The position numbers were made by a program, and so were the translations under genes. A stretch of DNA of 44,284 nt from Planctomycetota bacterium (GTDB taxonomy: Bacteria > Planctomycetota > Phycisphaerae > WQYP01), in assembly GCA_021780285.1 (NCBI GenBank), contig JAJXZA010000134.1, positions 1-44,284 of the forward strand. Reading direction: 5' to 3'. Shown here piece by piece: positions 18,549 to 27,521 of the stretch (within the stretch, counting starts at the first letter, position 1; every line of letters begins with the position of its first letter). The notes under the pieces were generated by a model that worked only from the letters and a program-made list of their open reading frames with translations, ran no database searches and had not been told where the DNA came from.

Positions 18549-19724
18549 ATGTCCAATAAAAAAACAGTCGTGGTTGCCATGTCGGGCGGGGTAGATTCTT
18601 CCGTGGCGGCGGCGCTTTTGCAGCGCCAGGGCTATAACTGCATTGGTGTATTCATGCGACTCGGCGGCGAACTGGGCGGACAGACTCTATCAGAACAGCC
18701 GGAGCTGGTGGCCTGCTCTCCGCAGAAGGCTAAAGCAGCCAAGGCGCATCATCAAGGGTGTTGTTCCACCGGTGATGCCGCTGACGCCCGCTATGTTGCC
18801 GGGCTGCTTAACATTCCATTCTATGCGCTAAACTTTCAGAACGATTTTGGCCGCATCATTGATTATTTTGTCGGCGAGTACAATCGCGGTCGCACGCCCA
18901 ACCCGTGCGTGCGGTGCAACGAGTACCTGAAGTTCGGGAAATTGGCCCAGTACGCGCGTGCCGTCGGGGCCGACTATGTCGCCACCGGCCACTATGCCCG
19001 CATCGTGCACGATGCCGTCGGCGGGCCGCAAATATTGCGCGGCATAGACAGCGCCAAAGACCAGAGCTATGTACTTTTTGGCGTGCCCCCGACGGAACTG
19101 CCGCGTATGCTGCTGCCCATCGGTGATTATCCAAAGTCAGAGGTGCGGGCCATGGCTCGCGAACTGGGGCTGCCCGTTTTCGACAAGCCTGACTCGCAGG
19201 AAATATGCTTCGTGCCCGACAACGACTATTTTGGGTTAGTTAAGCGAAAGTCGCCGCAAACCGTGCGGGCCGGCGATATTGTGGATGGCTCGGGCAATGT
19301 GGTGGGGCGGCATGAAGGGCATCAGGGCTTTACCCTGGGGCAGCGGCGGGGGGTGGGCGTCGCGTTTGGCTACCCCATTTATGTGACCAACATTGATGCC
19401 GGCGCTAACACGGTGCAGGTAGGCCCTCGCGATGAGTTGCTGCATCGGCGGCTCCTGGCGCGCGAAGTTAACTGGCTGGCCCCCCATGCCGACGGCCCCA
19501 TCGCGTGTACGGCCAAGGTGCGATACAACTCCCCGGCGCAGCCGGCGCGAGCTTATCTGAACGGTTCGGATGAACTCATGGTGGAATTTGATCAACCGGT
19601 TGCGGCGATCACGCCGGGGCAGGCCGTGGCGTGTTACGACGGAGATCGCCTGTTGGGCGGTGCCTGGATTGACCGTATTTGCGACGAGGCGCCCGCAGCA
19701 GAAAAGGCGGAAGCGGCCTCGTGA
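18549..19724 (+). CDS. mnmA: tRNA 2-thiouridine(34) synthase
   Basis: PP-loop VVVAMSGGVDSSVAA. Catalytic Cys region NPCVRCNEYLKFG. GADYVATGHYAR and DSAKDQSYVLF. ATG at 18549. Confidence 0.92.
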   Translation: MSNKKTVVVAMSGGVDSSVAAALLQRQGYNCIGVFMRLGGELGGQTLSEQPELVACSPQKAKAAKAHHQGCCSTGDAADARYVAGLLNIPFYALNFQNDFGRIIDYFVGEYNRGRTPNPCVRCNEYLKFGKLAQYARAVGADYVATGHYARIVHDAVGGPQILRGIDSAKDQSYVLFGVPPTELPRMLLPIGDYPKSEVRAMARELGLPVFDKPDSQEICFVPDNDYFGLVKRKSPQTVRAGDIVDGSGNVVGRHEGHQGFTLGQRRGVGVAFGYPIYVTNIDAGANTVQVGPRDELLHRRLLAREVNWLAPHADGPIACTAKVRYNSPAQPARAYLNGSDELMVEFDQPVAAITPGQAVACYDGDRLLGGAWIDRICDEAPAAEKAEAAS

Positions 19725-20662
19725 CGTTCACCCTTGCATCGCCTGAAACTGTTAACAGCATTAGTATTGTGCATGCCGGGGCGCTCGGCGATACGCTGCT
19801 GCTGTGTCCGCTCTTGCGGGGCATAGCCAAGAGGTTTCCGCAGGCGCGGCGGCACGTCGTAACCCGCAGCGAGTTTGGTCGGTTATTGGTTTACCTGCAG
19901 TTGGCCGAAGACTTTGCCAATGGCGATGCGCCCGAGGCAACGGCGCTTTTTGCTGCTGGTGCATTGGAGTACGCACCGCGCCGTCCAACCTGGCTGAATT
20001 GCGATGTGCTCATCAGTATGGTCGGCAGCGGCAGCGATGCCTGGGCGGAAAATGTCCGTGCGATCTACAAAAGTGACAGTATATTATTTGTAAACCAGCG
20101 CCCGCCATCAAACTGGCAAGGGCACGCAGTTGAGTTTCTGCAGGCCCAACTGCAGCCGCTGGATATACCCACGGTTGCCGCTGTGCCGCAGTTTAATATC
20201 AATGGCCCTGTGCTGCTGCACCCAGGCAGCGGAGGGCGGGCGAAGTGTTGGCCTGCGGAACGATTTTTAACCCTGGCACACAGGCTCGCATCCGCTGATA
20301 TTGCCGTTGAAATTATTTTAGGCGAAGTGGAATTGGATCGTTGGCCTTGCGGGGATATTGCCGCGTTTACCGCTGCTTTTGCGGTGCATCTGCATCCGTC
20401 TTTATGCGAATTAGCCGACAGGCTGGCTGCGGCGCGCGCCTACATCGGCAACGACAGCGGTGTAAGCCATCTTGCCGGCGAAATGGGCATACCGTCACTG
20501 GTGCTCTTTGGCCCAAGCCCGGCAAATGTATGGCGTCCGCTGGGGCCGCAGGTGCAGGTTGCGCAAGCGCCTGCGGGCGATTGGGCCGCGCTTTCCGTGG
20601 CCGAGGTGCAGGCGCGCGTGCAACGCCTGCTGGCAAAGGCTGGCACCAGGACCGCCATGTAA
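19721..20662 (+). CDS. Glycosyltransferase family 9 (heptosyltransferase-like)
   Basis: GT9 hallmarks: ISIVHAGALGDTLLLCPLL, LLHPGSGGRAKCWPAERF, YIGNDSGVSHLAGEMGIPSLVLFGPS. The probable GTG start at 19721 overlaps the mnmA stop (GTGA). Confidence 0.75.
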   Translation: MTFTLASPETVNSISIVHAGALGDTLLLCPLLRGIAKRFPQARRHVVTRSEFGRLLVYLQLAEDFANGDAPEATALFAAGALEYAPRRPTWLNCDVLISMVGSGSDAWAENVRAIYKSDSILFVNQRPPSNWQGHAVEFLQAQLQPLDIPTVAAVPQFNINGPVLLHPGSGGRAKCWPAERFLTLAHRLASADIAVEIILGEVELDRWPCGDIAAFTAAFAVHLHPSLCELADRLAAARAYIGNDSGVSHLAGEMGIPSLVLFGPSPANVWRPLGPQVQVAQAPAGDWAALSVAEVQARVQRLLAKAGTRTAM

Positions 20663-20850
20663 GCATTGCCAAAGCCTTTCAGCCGGATATCCGCCGTTTT
20701 ATAGGCCATTTTCAATATTTTCGCCGCTATTTTTTGAAAATAATCGCCAATTTTGTTGCTTGTCGCCGGTATGCTTGTGTTATACTTGTATAAGCGGCCG
20801 ATGAACCATTGGCAAAGCGGGGTGTTAATTTGCTGGTGCGTGAGGTTGAT

Positions 20851-21561
20851 ATGCGTGCGAAACTCACAGTTGGTAAGGGTAGTCGGGGTGGTTTTACCAT
20901 CATCGAAATGCTGGTGGTGATTCTGGTAATCGTGGTGCTCATTGCCATTGTATTGGCCGTGGGTGAGCAGGTACGCGTAAAGGCCAGGTTGGCGGTTACG
21001 CATACCGAACTGCGCAACCTGCAGGCGGCGCTGCTGCAGTTGCATCATCAGACGAATACGTACCCGGTGGATATGGCGCACTTTTTGGTGGCGTACCAGC
21101 AGATGCACGCCTACGCGATTACCGGTGGAAGCATCTGGCAGCAACATCCCAACATCATAACGCAGTTGCCTGCAACCGCGACGGTGATGGGCCAGATTCC
21201 GCCGCCTGGAGGCGTCTCTGGCCAGTTTACCGGCGTGGTTGAAGTGCTTGATGGTTTTGGCAATCCCATTCAATACATGCCGCCGACTCAGCCAAGTATC
21301 TCGAACGCTTTTTATCCGGTATCGGGTCAATCTTATACAGTGGACTCCACGACGATAATGCCGTTGCCACTACCACCACCCGCCCCACCCATTCCGCCAG
21401 TATATGTGCCCAGTGGGATAACCTCGGTAAGCAATGCCGTGCCCGCAGCCGCGCCTCATGCTCCCTATTTTTACAGTTTTGGGGTAGATGGTCCGGCGGG
21501 CGCTATCGCCAACATCAACAACAGCCCGACAGCGCAGTACATCTACTCCTACGAGCCATAA
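20851..21561 (+). CDS. Prepilin-type N-terminal cleavage/methylation domain protein (GspG-like pseudopilin)
   Basis: Class III signal ...GKGSRGG|FTIIEMLVVILVIVVLIAIVLAV with Glu at +5. GspG-like LDGFGNPIQY and YFYSFGVDGPAG blocks. ATG at 20851. Confidence 0.8.
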   Translation: MRAKLTVGKGSRGGFTIIEMLVVILVIVVLIAIVLAVGEQVRVKARLAVTHTELRNLQAALLQLHHQTNTYPVDMAHFLVAYQQMHAYAITGGSIWQQHPNIITQLPATATVMGQIPPPGGVSGQFTGVVEVLDGFGNPIQYMPPTQPSISNAFYPVSGQSYTVDSTTIMPLPLPPPAPPIPPVYVPSGITSVSNAVPAAAPHAPYFYSFGVDGPAGAIANINNSPTAQYIYSYEP

Positions 21562-21749
21562 GATCGGTTTCCGTTGTATCGCGTCAGCTTGTGCGCACAA
21601 GGTGGGGGCGGCTTGCACAAGCCTATCGCCTGCTGCTAATCTTTAGTTCTTACTGATGGCGTTTATCCTGGTTCGCTGAACCCGCCGCCGGTCAGGTGCT
21701 TGATGCCAGCATGGCAGCAAGACTCGTCAACTTTTTTCGAGGTAGCAGC

Positions 21750-23555
21750 ATGGGTAACATCCGCCGAGTAATTTCACAAGTTGTATCCATGGCATTGCCG
21801 CTGGCTGGCCTGCTGGCGTTTGGGCCTACGGCCACCGCCGCCGCACCTAAGCAGGTTGCCGAGCTTACTCTTAGGGGGGCGCTGGCCAATTACCCCAGCG
21901 GCTTCTCGCTGACGCTTTCGTCGCTGCTATCCGGCGGGCAGCAGCGGCCATCGTCGCTGACGGGGTTGATTCATCGGCTTACCGCTGCCGAACACGACCC
22001 GCAACTCGCGGGCGTCTTTTTAAATTTACGCTCGTTTTCGTTGAACCTGACGCAGGAGCAGGAACTCGGCAATCTGCTCGATACGCTTAAAACCCATGGC
22101 AAACAAGTGGCGGTTTACGCAAGCGATTTTGACACCAACACCTACTTGCTCGCCTGCCATGCAGATACCGTGCTGATGCCGCCGCATGGCAACGTATTTT
22201 TACCGGGCGTGCAGTTGCAGCTTATGTTTTTTAAAGGGCTGTTGGATAAGCTGCACGTGCAGGCCGACATGGTTCAGATCGGCAAATTCAAAGGTGCTGA
22301 AGAGCCTTTTACGCGCCAGCAGGCAAGCAAGGCCTTTGCGTCACAGGTGCAGGGGCTTATTCAGGGTTGGTATGGGCAAATTGTCAGCACCATTGTGCAT
22401 CATCGGCCTGCACTGACTGCGGCCAAAGTTAAAGCCGCCATAGATCAAGGGTGGTTTGATGGTGTTGCCGCCAAAAAAATGGGCCTGGTGGATGTGCTGG
22501 TAAACCCGCAGCAGGCGGGCAAGTATGTGCAGGCGCATTTTGCAGGCGGCTGCACGCTGCTGACTGATTATGCCGGGCCGAAAAAGGCCAAGGTTGATTT
22601 GAGCAGCCCTTTTGCGCTATTTCAGTTATTGGGTTCGCCGCCGCGGCATCGTGTGACCCACACGCCGGCGGTCGCCGTTATCTTTGCGGATGGCGTTATT
22701 TCCGATGATTCAGCCGACTCCATGGCAGATGACCAGGGCGTAACTCCCGCCCGTATAGAACGCAATGTAAAGGCCGCTTTGGCCAATCCACGCATTAAGG
22801 CCATTGTGCTGCGGATAGATTCGCCCGGCGGCTCTGCCGAAGCCAGCGAAGATATCTGGCAAATACTACATGCGGCTGGTAAAGAAAAGCCGCTGTTGGT
22901 TTCGATGGGTAGCGAAGCGGCCAGCGGCGGCTACTACATTGCCACCGCGGGCGAAAGCATAACGGCCGATCCCGCGACTATCACCGGCTCGATTGGGGTG
23001 GTGGGGGGCAAAGTGGTGATGCAGGGCCTGTTTAATATGGTCGGTCTTAAGCTGCAAACATTTGCCAAGGGCGAGCACGCAGACCTTTTTAACAGTACGC
23101 AGCCCTTCACACCGGCCGAGCGGCAATATGTGGAGCAGCTTATGCGCCAAACATACCATTTATTTACGCGGCGCGTGCTTGAGGGCCGCGGAAAAAAAAT
23201 CGCCGACATCAGTGCTGTTGCCCGTGGGCGGCTTTTTACCGGCACCGCGGCCATCAAAGCCGGTCTGGTAGACAACGCCGGTTCTCTGCAGGATGTTATT
23301 GCCATGGCCGCCCGACAGGAGCATTTGCCGGCGCATTATGATCTGGTTATTTACCCCAAAGCCAAGAGCCTGGTGGAGTTGCTGCGCGAGCGGTTTAATG
23401 TGGAATCGAGCCTGCCGGCGGGGCTGCAGGCGGTGTTTGCCGGGCTGCCTCGGCAGTACCGCAGCGCGGCCGACGAAATGCTGCAGATGCTGCACCTGAT
23501 GCGCCAAGACCGCGTGCTGCTGGCACTGCCGGTTGGGATTATTCAAAGCAAATAG
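21750..23555 (+). CDS. sppA: Signal peptide peptidase SppA, 67K type (tandem S49 domains)
   Basis: Signal peptide MGNIRRVISQVVSMALPLAGLLAFGPTATAAA. Second S49 domain IVLRIDSPGGSAEASEDIW ... SMGSEAASGGYYIATAG ... TGSIGVVGGK. Confidence 0.88.
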   Translation: MGNIRRVISQVVSMALPLAGLLAFGPTATAAAPKQVAELTLRGALANYPSGFSLTLSSLLSGGQQRPSSLTGLIHRLTAAEHDPQLAGVFLNLRSFSLNLTQEQELGNLLDTLKTHGKQVAVYASDFDTNTYLLACHADTVLMPPHGNVFLPGVQLQLMFFKGLLDKLHVQADMVQIGKFKGAEEPFTRQQASKAFASQVQGLIQGWYGQIVSTIVHHRPALTAAKVKAAIDQGWFDGVAAKKMGLVDVLVNPQQAGKYVQAHFAGGCTLLTDYAGPKKAKVDLSSPFALFQLLGSPPRHRVTHTPAVAVIFADGVISDDSADSMADDQGVTPARIERNVKAALANPRIKAIVLRIDSPGGSAEASEDIWQILHAAGKEKPLLVSMGSEAASGGYYIATAGESITADPATITGSIGVVGGKVVMQGLFNMVGLKLQTFAKGEHADLFNSTQPFTPAERQYVEQLMRQTYHLFTRRVLEGRGKKIADISAVARGRLFTGTAAIKAGLVDNAGSLQDVIAMAARQEHLPAHYDLVIYPKAKSLVELLRERFNVESSLPAGLQAVFAGLPRQYRSAADEMLQMLHLMRQDRVLLALPVGIIQSK

Positions 23556-23756
23556 CGCGGCCAGTTCACAACCACTCCCGATCGCGCCGTATGGTCAGAG
23601 CTGCAAAGGTTCGGGCGTAACACGCGTAACGCCCTCACCTTAGTGGTTGCGGGCTTCCAGCCTGCTTGACCGGCCGTTTGTGACGAGCTACACAACAGCA
23701 TGCGGCCAAGACTGCGGCCGCACGGCGGCACGGTCGTTAATCGCCCGATACCACCG

Positions 23757-23790
23757 CGCAAAAAATACCCGCCCGGCATGCGGGGCGGGT
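23757..23790 (-). terminator. Rho-independent terminator of the rpsP-trmD-rplS operon
   Basis: ACCCGCCC (23767-23774) / GGGCGGGT (23783-23790) forms an 8-bp GC stem. On the minus strand it is followed by TATTTTTTGCG. It lies 50 nt downstream of the rplS stop. Confidence 0.6.
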
Positions 23791-23839
23791 AGAAACTATA
23801 TCATGAACCAATGCGTCGTTGACGGCCATGAAGCCGCGC

Positions 23840-24274
23840 TTAAGCTAACGCCGGTTGGGTGGCTTGAGCTTCTGTTTTGGCTTTCGTCGCGCCGGCTGCC
23901 GGGGCGGGAGCATCCGATGGAATAATCGGAGCGCCTTCCTTCAGGCGGGTGGCCTTACCCGACAGGTCGCGCAGGTAGTACAACTTGGCGCGGCGGACCT
24001 TGCTCTGACGCTTTACCTCAAGCTTTTCAATTTTGGGCGAGTGCACCGGAAAAATACGCTCCACCCCTTCGTTGTTTACAATGCGCCGCACCGTAAAGGT
24101 TGAATTGATGCCTTCGCCCTTACGGCTGATAACGGTGCCCGAAAACACCTGAATACGCTCTTTGTCGCCCTCGACGATGCGGCAATGTACGTCCACAAGG
24201 TCGCCAACTGAAAACTGCGGCGGGGTCGCCTTAAGGTGCTTTGATTCTACATGGCTCAAAAGTGCGTTCTTCAT
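23840..24274 (-). CDS. rplS: 50S ribosomal protein L19 with Ala/Pro-rich C-terminal tail
   Basis: [45 protein letters not shown]...[18 protein letters not shown] is canonical L19. GGAG lies 5 nt upstream of ATG 24274. Confidence 0.95.
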   Translation of the reverse strand: MKNALLSHVESKHLKATPPQFSVGDLVDVHCRIVEGDKERIQVFSGTVISRKGEGINSTFTVRRIVNNEGVERIFPVHSPKIEKLEVKRQSKVRRAKLYYLRDLSGKATRLKEGAPIIPSDAPAPAAGATKAKTEAQATQPALA

Positions 24275-24385
24275 AAATGCTCCAAATAGTTACGTTGTTT
24301 GTTGTGTCTTTAACTTCCTGCCGCCGCAGCGGCGGTTGTACATCCTCTTTTACCGTAACACGCGGCAAGCCGCGGGCTACACTGC

Positions 24386-25090
24386 TTAAGCCTGCGGCTT
24401 AAGTAAATCCGGCCGTCGGGCCGCTGTTTTTCGCCGCGACTCCGCAGCTCGCCACTTTTCTATCGCGGCATGGTCGCCGGAGAGCAAAATCTCCGGTACA
24501 GCCAAGCCCGCAAACTCCCGCGGGCGCGTATACTGCGGGTACTCCAACCCGCCGGCGATGGCGCCATCGTTCGCCGCAAACGATTCTCCCGCAGCACTGT
24601 GCTCGTGGCCGAGTGCCCCCGCCAGCAGGCGAACCACTGCATCGGTTACGGCCATGGCGGGAATTTCACCCCCCGAGAGCACATAGTCGCCTATGCTGAC
24701 CTGCAGCGGATCTAGCAGCGTTATGAGCCGCTCGTCAAACCCCTCGTAGTGCCCGGCCATCAGCAGCAATCTGGGCTTGGCGGCCAATTCCGCGGCCATG
24801 GCCTGATTAAACTGCCTCCCTTGGGGGCAAAGCATCACCCGTGTTGCGGCCAGGGAACTTTGCTGTTCGATGGCGCTAACCGCATCAAAAAGCGGTTGGC
24901 ACATCAGCACCATACCCGGCCCGCCGCCATAGGGGCGGTCGTCTACTTTGCGGTGCGGGTCGCGGCTGTAATTGCGCAGTTGATGGAGGTGGTATTCCAC
25001 CACACCGGCTTGTGCCGCCCGCTTGAGAATGCTGCCGCCGAGTACCGCGGCAAACATCTCTGGGAACAGCGTCAAAATATCAATTCGCAT
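24386..25090 (-). CDS. trmD: tRNA (guanine37-N1)-methyltransferase
   Basis: MRIDILTLFPEMF, DDRPYGGGPGMVLM, GHYEGFDERL, SIGDYVLSGGEIPAM. ATG 25090 matches the conserved N-terminus; the track start 25105 is a TTG. Confidence 0.93.
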   Translation of the reverse strand: MRIDILTLFPEMFAAVLGGSILKRAAQAGVVEYHLHQLRNYSRDPHRKVDDRPYGGGPGMVLMCQPLFDAVSAIEQQSSLAATRVMLCPQGRQFNQAMAAELAAKPRLLLMAGHYEGFDERLITLLDPLQVSIGDYVLSGGEIPAMAVTDAVVRLLAGALGHEHSAAGESFAANDGAIAGGLEYPQYTRPREFAGLAVPEILLSGDHAAIEKWRAAESRRKTAARRPDLLKPQA

Positions 25091-25165
25091 ATTTGCCGCT
25101 GCCAATTTATTTGCTGTCCTGATCTCCTTGCGCGTCGTGGTTGCCCAAGGCGTCGCTGCAGCGAT

Positions 25166-25471
25166 TTAAGCCTGATTGGCCGCAGCTTCCGCATTTGCAG
25201 ACGCCTTTGCGGCGACCAAAGTGGCCGAATCGGTGGCGCGCTTGAGCAAGTTGGCCACGGTGGCGCTGGGCGTTGCGCCAGCCTTCATCCAATGTTCCAG
25301 ACGCTGCTTGTTAACCACCACGGTCCGCGAGGCATCGGTGCAAATCGGGTCATAAAATCCCAACTCTTCAAGCACTTTGCCATCGCGCGGCGAACGCGAA
25401 TCTACCGCGTTAATGCGCCAAAAAGCCCTGTTCTTGCGACCAAACCGTTTAAGGCGAATTTTAACTGCCAC
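25166..25471 (-). CDS. rpsP: 30S ribosomal protein S16
   Basis: VAVKIRLKRFGRKNRAFWRINAVDSRSPRDGKVLEELGFYDP is canonical S16. GTG start at 25471 follows GAGGAA. The track ORF extends 31 non-conserved codons upstream. Confidence 0.92.
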   Translation of the reverse strand: MAVKIRLKRFGRKNRAFWRINAVDSRSPRDGKVLEELGFYDPICTDASRTVVVNKQRLEHWMKAGATPSATVANLLKRATDSATLVAAKASANAEAAANQA

Positions 25472-25597
25472 GCAATTCCTCGCTCGTGCCCGGCTTTGCC
25501 CAATAGCGCTGCCGGAAAGCCCCGTTAACAGGCCGCTGCCAGGGTGTAGGTCGTCACACGACAACCTCGCATTCTTCGCCTGGGCGGCAAACCCAAT

Positions 25598-25626
25598 ATA
25601 ATATTTGAATTTTCCGCGTCTTGCAA
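25598..25626 (-). promoter_or_regulatory. Candidate sigma-70 promoter of the rpsP operon
   Basis: On the minus strand: TTGCAA (25621-25626), a 17-nt spacer, then TATTAT (25598-25603). It lies about 125 nt upstream of the rpsP GTG and just downstream of the preceding gene's stop. Confidence 0.4.
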
Positions 25627-25639
25627 GCGACGCTCGAGG

Positions 25640-26053
25640 CTAATCGTCCACCGAAAGCCGCCAGGCTGCAGTGGCCATGCTTAATATGGTGGAGCTGGAC
25701 AACAGCATCCATCGGCCAAAGGTCATTTTCCAGCCGGCAAAGTGGCTCATCAGCGATGCCCACAGCGATTGCAAGGCCCACATGGGTATCCAGCAGGCCA
25801 GCACCAGTACGATGGTAAGCAGCAGGCCGGTAAGGCCTATTTCCTGAACGGCGTTGTCGCTCATTTGCCAGCCGATTACCACGCCCGCCAGCGAGCCAAC
25901 GAGCAGATTAACGAGCATGGCCGGGCCGGTCGCCGCCCATTGCATTGCAAAGTAAATGATCGTCCACATAATGGCCACAAAGGTCATGCGCCGAACCAGC
26001 AGCACTCCCAGCCGTTTTAATTCGGGCGTAATTTCCGGCAGTTGCACAGGCAT
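25640..26053 (-). CDS. Hypothetical integral membrane protein
   Basis: 137 aa with 4 predicted hydrophobic helices. ATG 26053 follows GGAG at 6 nt. Tightly packed downstream of sixA. No family recognised. Confidence 0.55.
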   Translation of the reverse strand: MPVQLPEITPELKRLGVLLVRRMTFVAIMWTIIYFAMQWAATGPAMLVNLLVGSLAGVVIGWQMSDNAVQEIGLTGLLLTIVLVLACWIPMWALQSLWASLMSHFAGWKMTFGRWMLLSSSTILSMATAAWRLSVDD

Positions 26054-26074
26054 GGCACGCACTCCATAAGCTAT

Positions 26075-26572
26075 CTATAGCTTACGCAAGGCTCTTGGCT
26101 GAAGCAAAAATTCCAACTCGCCCGTACCGGTACGGGGGTCGAAGTCAATGGCGGCTATCGCCCCTTTTTTCATGAGGCAGCGTCCTGGGGAGTCAAAACA
26201 TATCTGGCCGATCCAGCGGGACAATATCGGTTCATGCCCGACCGCCGCAACTGAGGTCCCGGTTGCCGCAAGGCCGCGAAGTTCAGAAGCGAAGGCGTCC
26301 AAGCGTCCCGGCGGGGCCAAACTGCCGCTGATAATAACGCTTTGTTTTTCCGGGAGGTGTTCGCCAAGTTCGCGCAGCATGATCTCGGCCGTCTGCTGCG
26401 CGCGTATGAGTGGGGACGCCAGAACGCAGTTGAACCGCATATTCAGCCGTGCCAGCCCGCGCATGGCCCGCTTAAAGTCGCGGCGGCCCTGGGCCGTGAG
26501 CGGCCGGGTCGCATCCGTCCCATCGCTGCCGACATCAGCGGCGGCTGCATGGCGGCAGAGATAAAGCATCAT
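26075..26572 (-). CDS. sixA: Phosphohistidine phosphatase SixA (histidine phosphatase superfamily)
   Basis: MMLYLCRHAAA (RHA catalytic motif), TAQGRRD, LASPLIRAQQTAEI, AVGHEP. GGAGA lies 8 nt upstream of ATG 26572. Confidence 0.8.
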   Translation of the reverse strand: MMLYLCRHAAAADVGSDGTDATRPLTAQGRRDFKRAMRGLARLNMRFNCVLASPLIRAQQTAEIMLRELGEHLPEKQSVIISGSLAPPGRLDAFASELRGLAATGTSVAAVGHEPILSRWIGQICFDSPGRCLMKKGAIAAIDFDPRTGTGELEFLLQPRALRKL

Positions 26573-26614
26573 GGCGCTGGTCTCCAACGTTGGCGGGCGA
26601 CATCGCCTGCTGCA

Positions 26615-27403
26615 CTACACCTTGCGATGAATAAAAATGGTTTCACCGGAGCTTCTTCGCAGCGGCCCGGCAATGGCGCTGTATACGGCGTCGGCCACAT
26701 CTTGCGGCGAGAGTATTTCTTCGGTGGCCACCTGATCCGCTGAAAACAGCGATCGGAACATGCCGGTTTCAACCGCAGCCGGTGCAATGGCGATCACGCG
26801 TATTCCCATTGGCTCGCCTTCGCGGGCGGTGACTTTGGTAAGCATGTTGAGGGCAACTTTGGCCGCGCCATAAGCGCCCAAGCCCGGAAATGGATCGCGC
26901 GACGACTCACTTGAAATATTAATAATCACGCCGCCGGCGTCTTCCGGCTCATCGCCGTCGCGCAACGATTGGCCGTGCGGGTCGGCCGCGGCATCGTGCT
27001 GGCGCGATTGCTCCTGCAAAAATTGCCGCTGAAATACCGGCCACACCGCCCGTAGAATATAAAAAGGAGCCGATAGGTTTACGTCCATAATTTCACGCCA
27101 TTGCGAAGGTGTTATGTCGGCGGTGGGAATCATGGGGCACAGGCCGGCAGAGTTTACCACAGCATTAAGTTGGCCAAACTGCTCAAGCACTCTGTCAATA
27201 AGCGCGTCCACATGATCCGCGCGGCTTACATCGGTCGGAAAGCTCACCGCCTCGCCGCCCAGACGCCGCACCTGTTCCGCGGTGGCATCCAGAGAGCCGG
27301 CGGTGCGACCCACCAATGCGAGGGCATATTGATGCTCAGCAAGGGTGAGTGCAGTGGCTCGGCCAATGCCGCTGCCAGCGCCAGTGATAAGGGCAACTCG
27401 CAT
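26615..27403 (-). CDS. SDR family oxidoreductase
   Basis: TGAGSGIG Rossmann motif, NSAG, and catalytic YGAAK (GAYGAAKVALNML). Carries an acidic ~35-aa insert (QEQSRQHDAAADPHGQSLRDGDEPED). GGAGG upstream of ATG 27403. Confidence 0.88.
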   Translation of the reverse strand: MRVALITGAGSGIGRATALTLAEHQYALALVGRTAGSLDATAEQVRRLGGEAVSFPTDVSRADHVDALIDRVLEQFGQLNAVVNSAGLCPMIPTADITPSQWREIMDVNLSAPFYILRAVWPVFQRQFLQEQSRQHDAAADPHGQSLRDGDEPEDAGGVIINISSESSRDPFPGLGAYGAAKVALNMLTKVTAREGEPMGIRVIAIAPAAVETGMFRSLFSADQVATEEILSPQDVADAVYSAIAGPLRRSSGETIFIHRKV

Positions 27404-27521
27404 AACAACCTCCGGGCACAGTGGTACACGACCATATTCGCATGGCTGGCGGCGGTTGTAAATGCCGCAATTTCTCGCGTGTAATCGTCACGCACCCGCT
27501 GCGACGGCTGGGTTTGACGCC

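Noticed and set aside
20440-21330. 296-aa minus-strand ORF across the GT9 end and the pseudopilin gene
   Set aside because: It is antisense to two well-supported genes, His/Arg-rich and without motifs. It also crosses an AT-rich promoter spacer.
24749-25528. 259-aa plus-strand ORF overlapping trmD and rpsP
   Set aside because: It is antisense to two universally conserved genes and has no recognisable domain. The same reasoning rejects 58..689 (+), 3518..4033 (-), 6849..7502 (-), 11499..12185 (-), 15142..15714 (-), 27244..27849 (-), 30800..31363 (-), 32957..33565 (-), 34936..35592 (-) and 38040..38645 (-).
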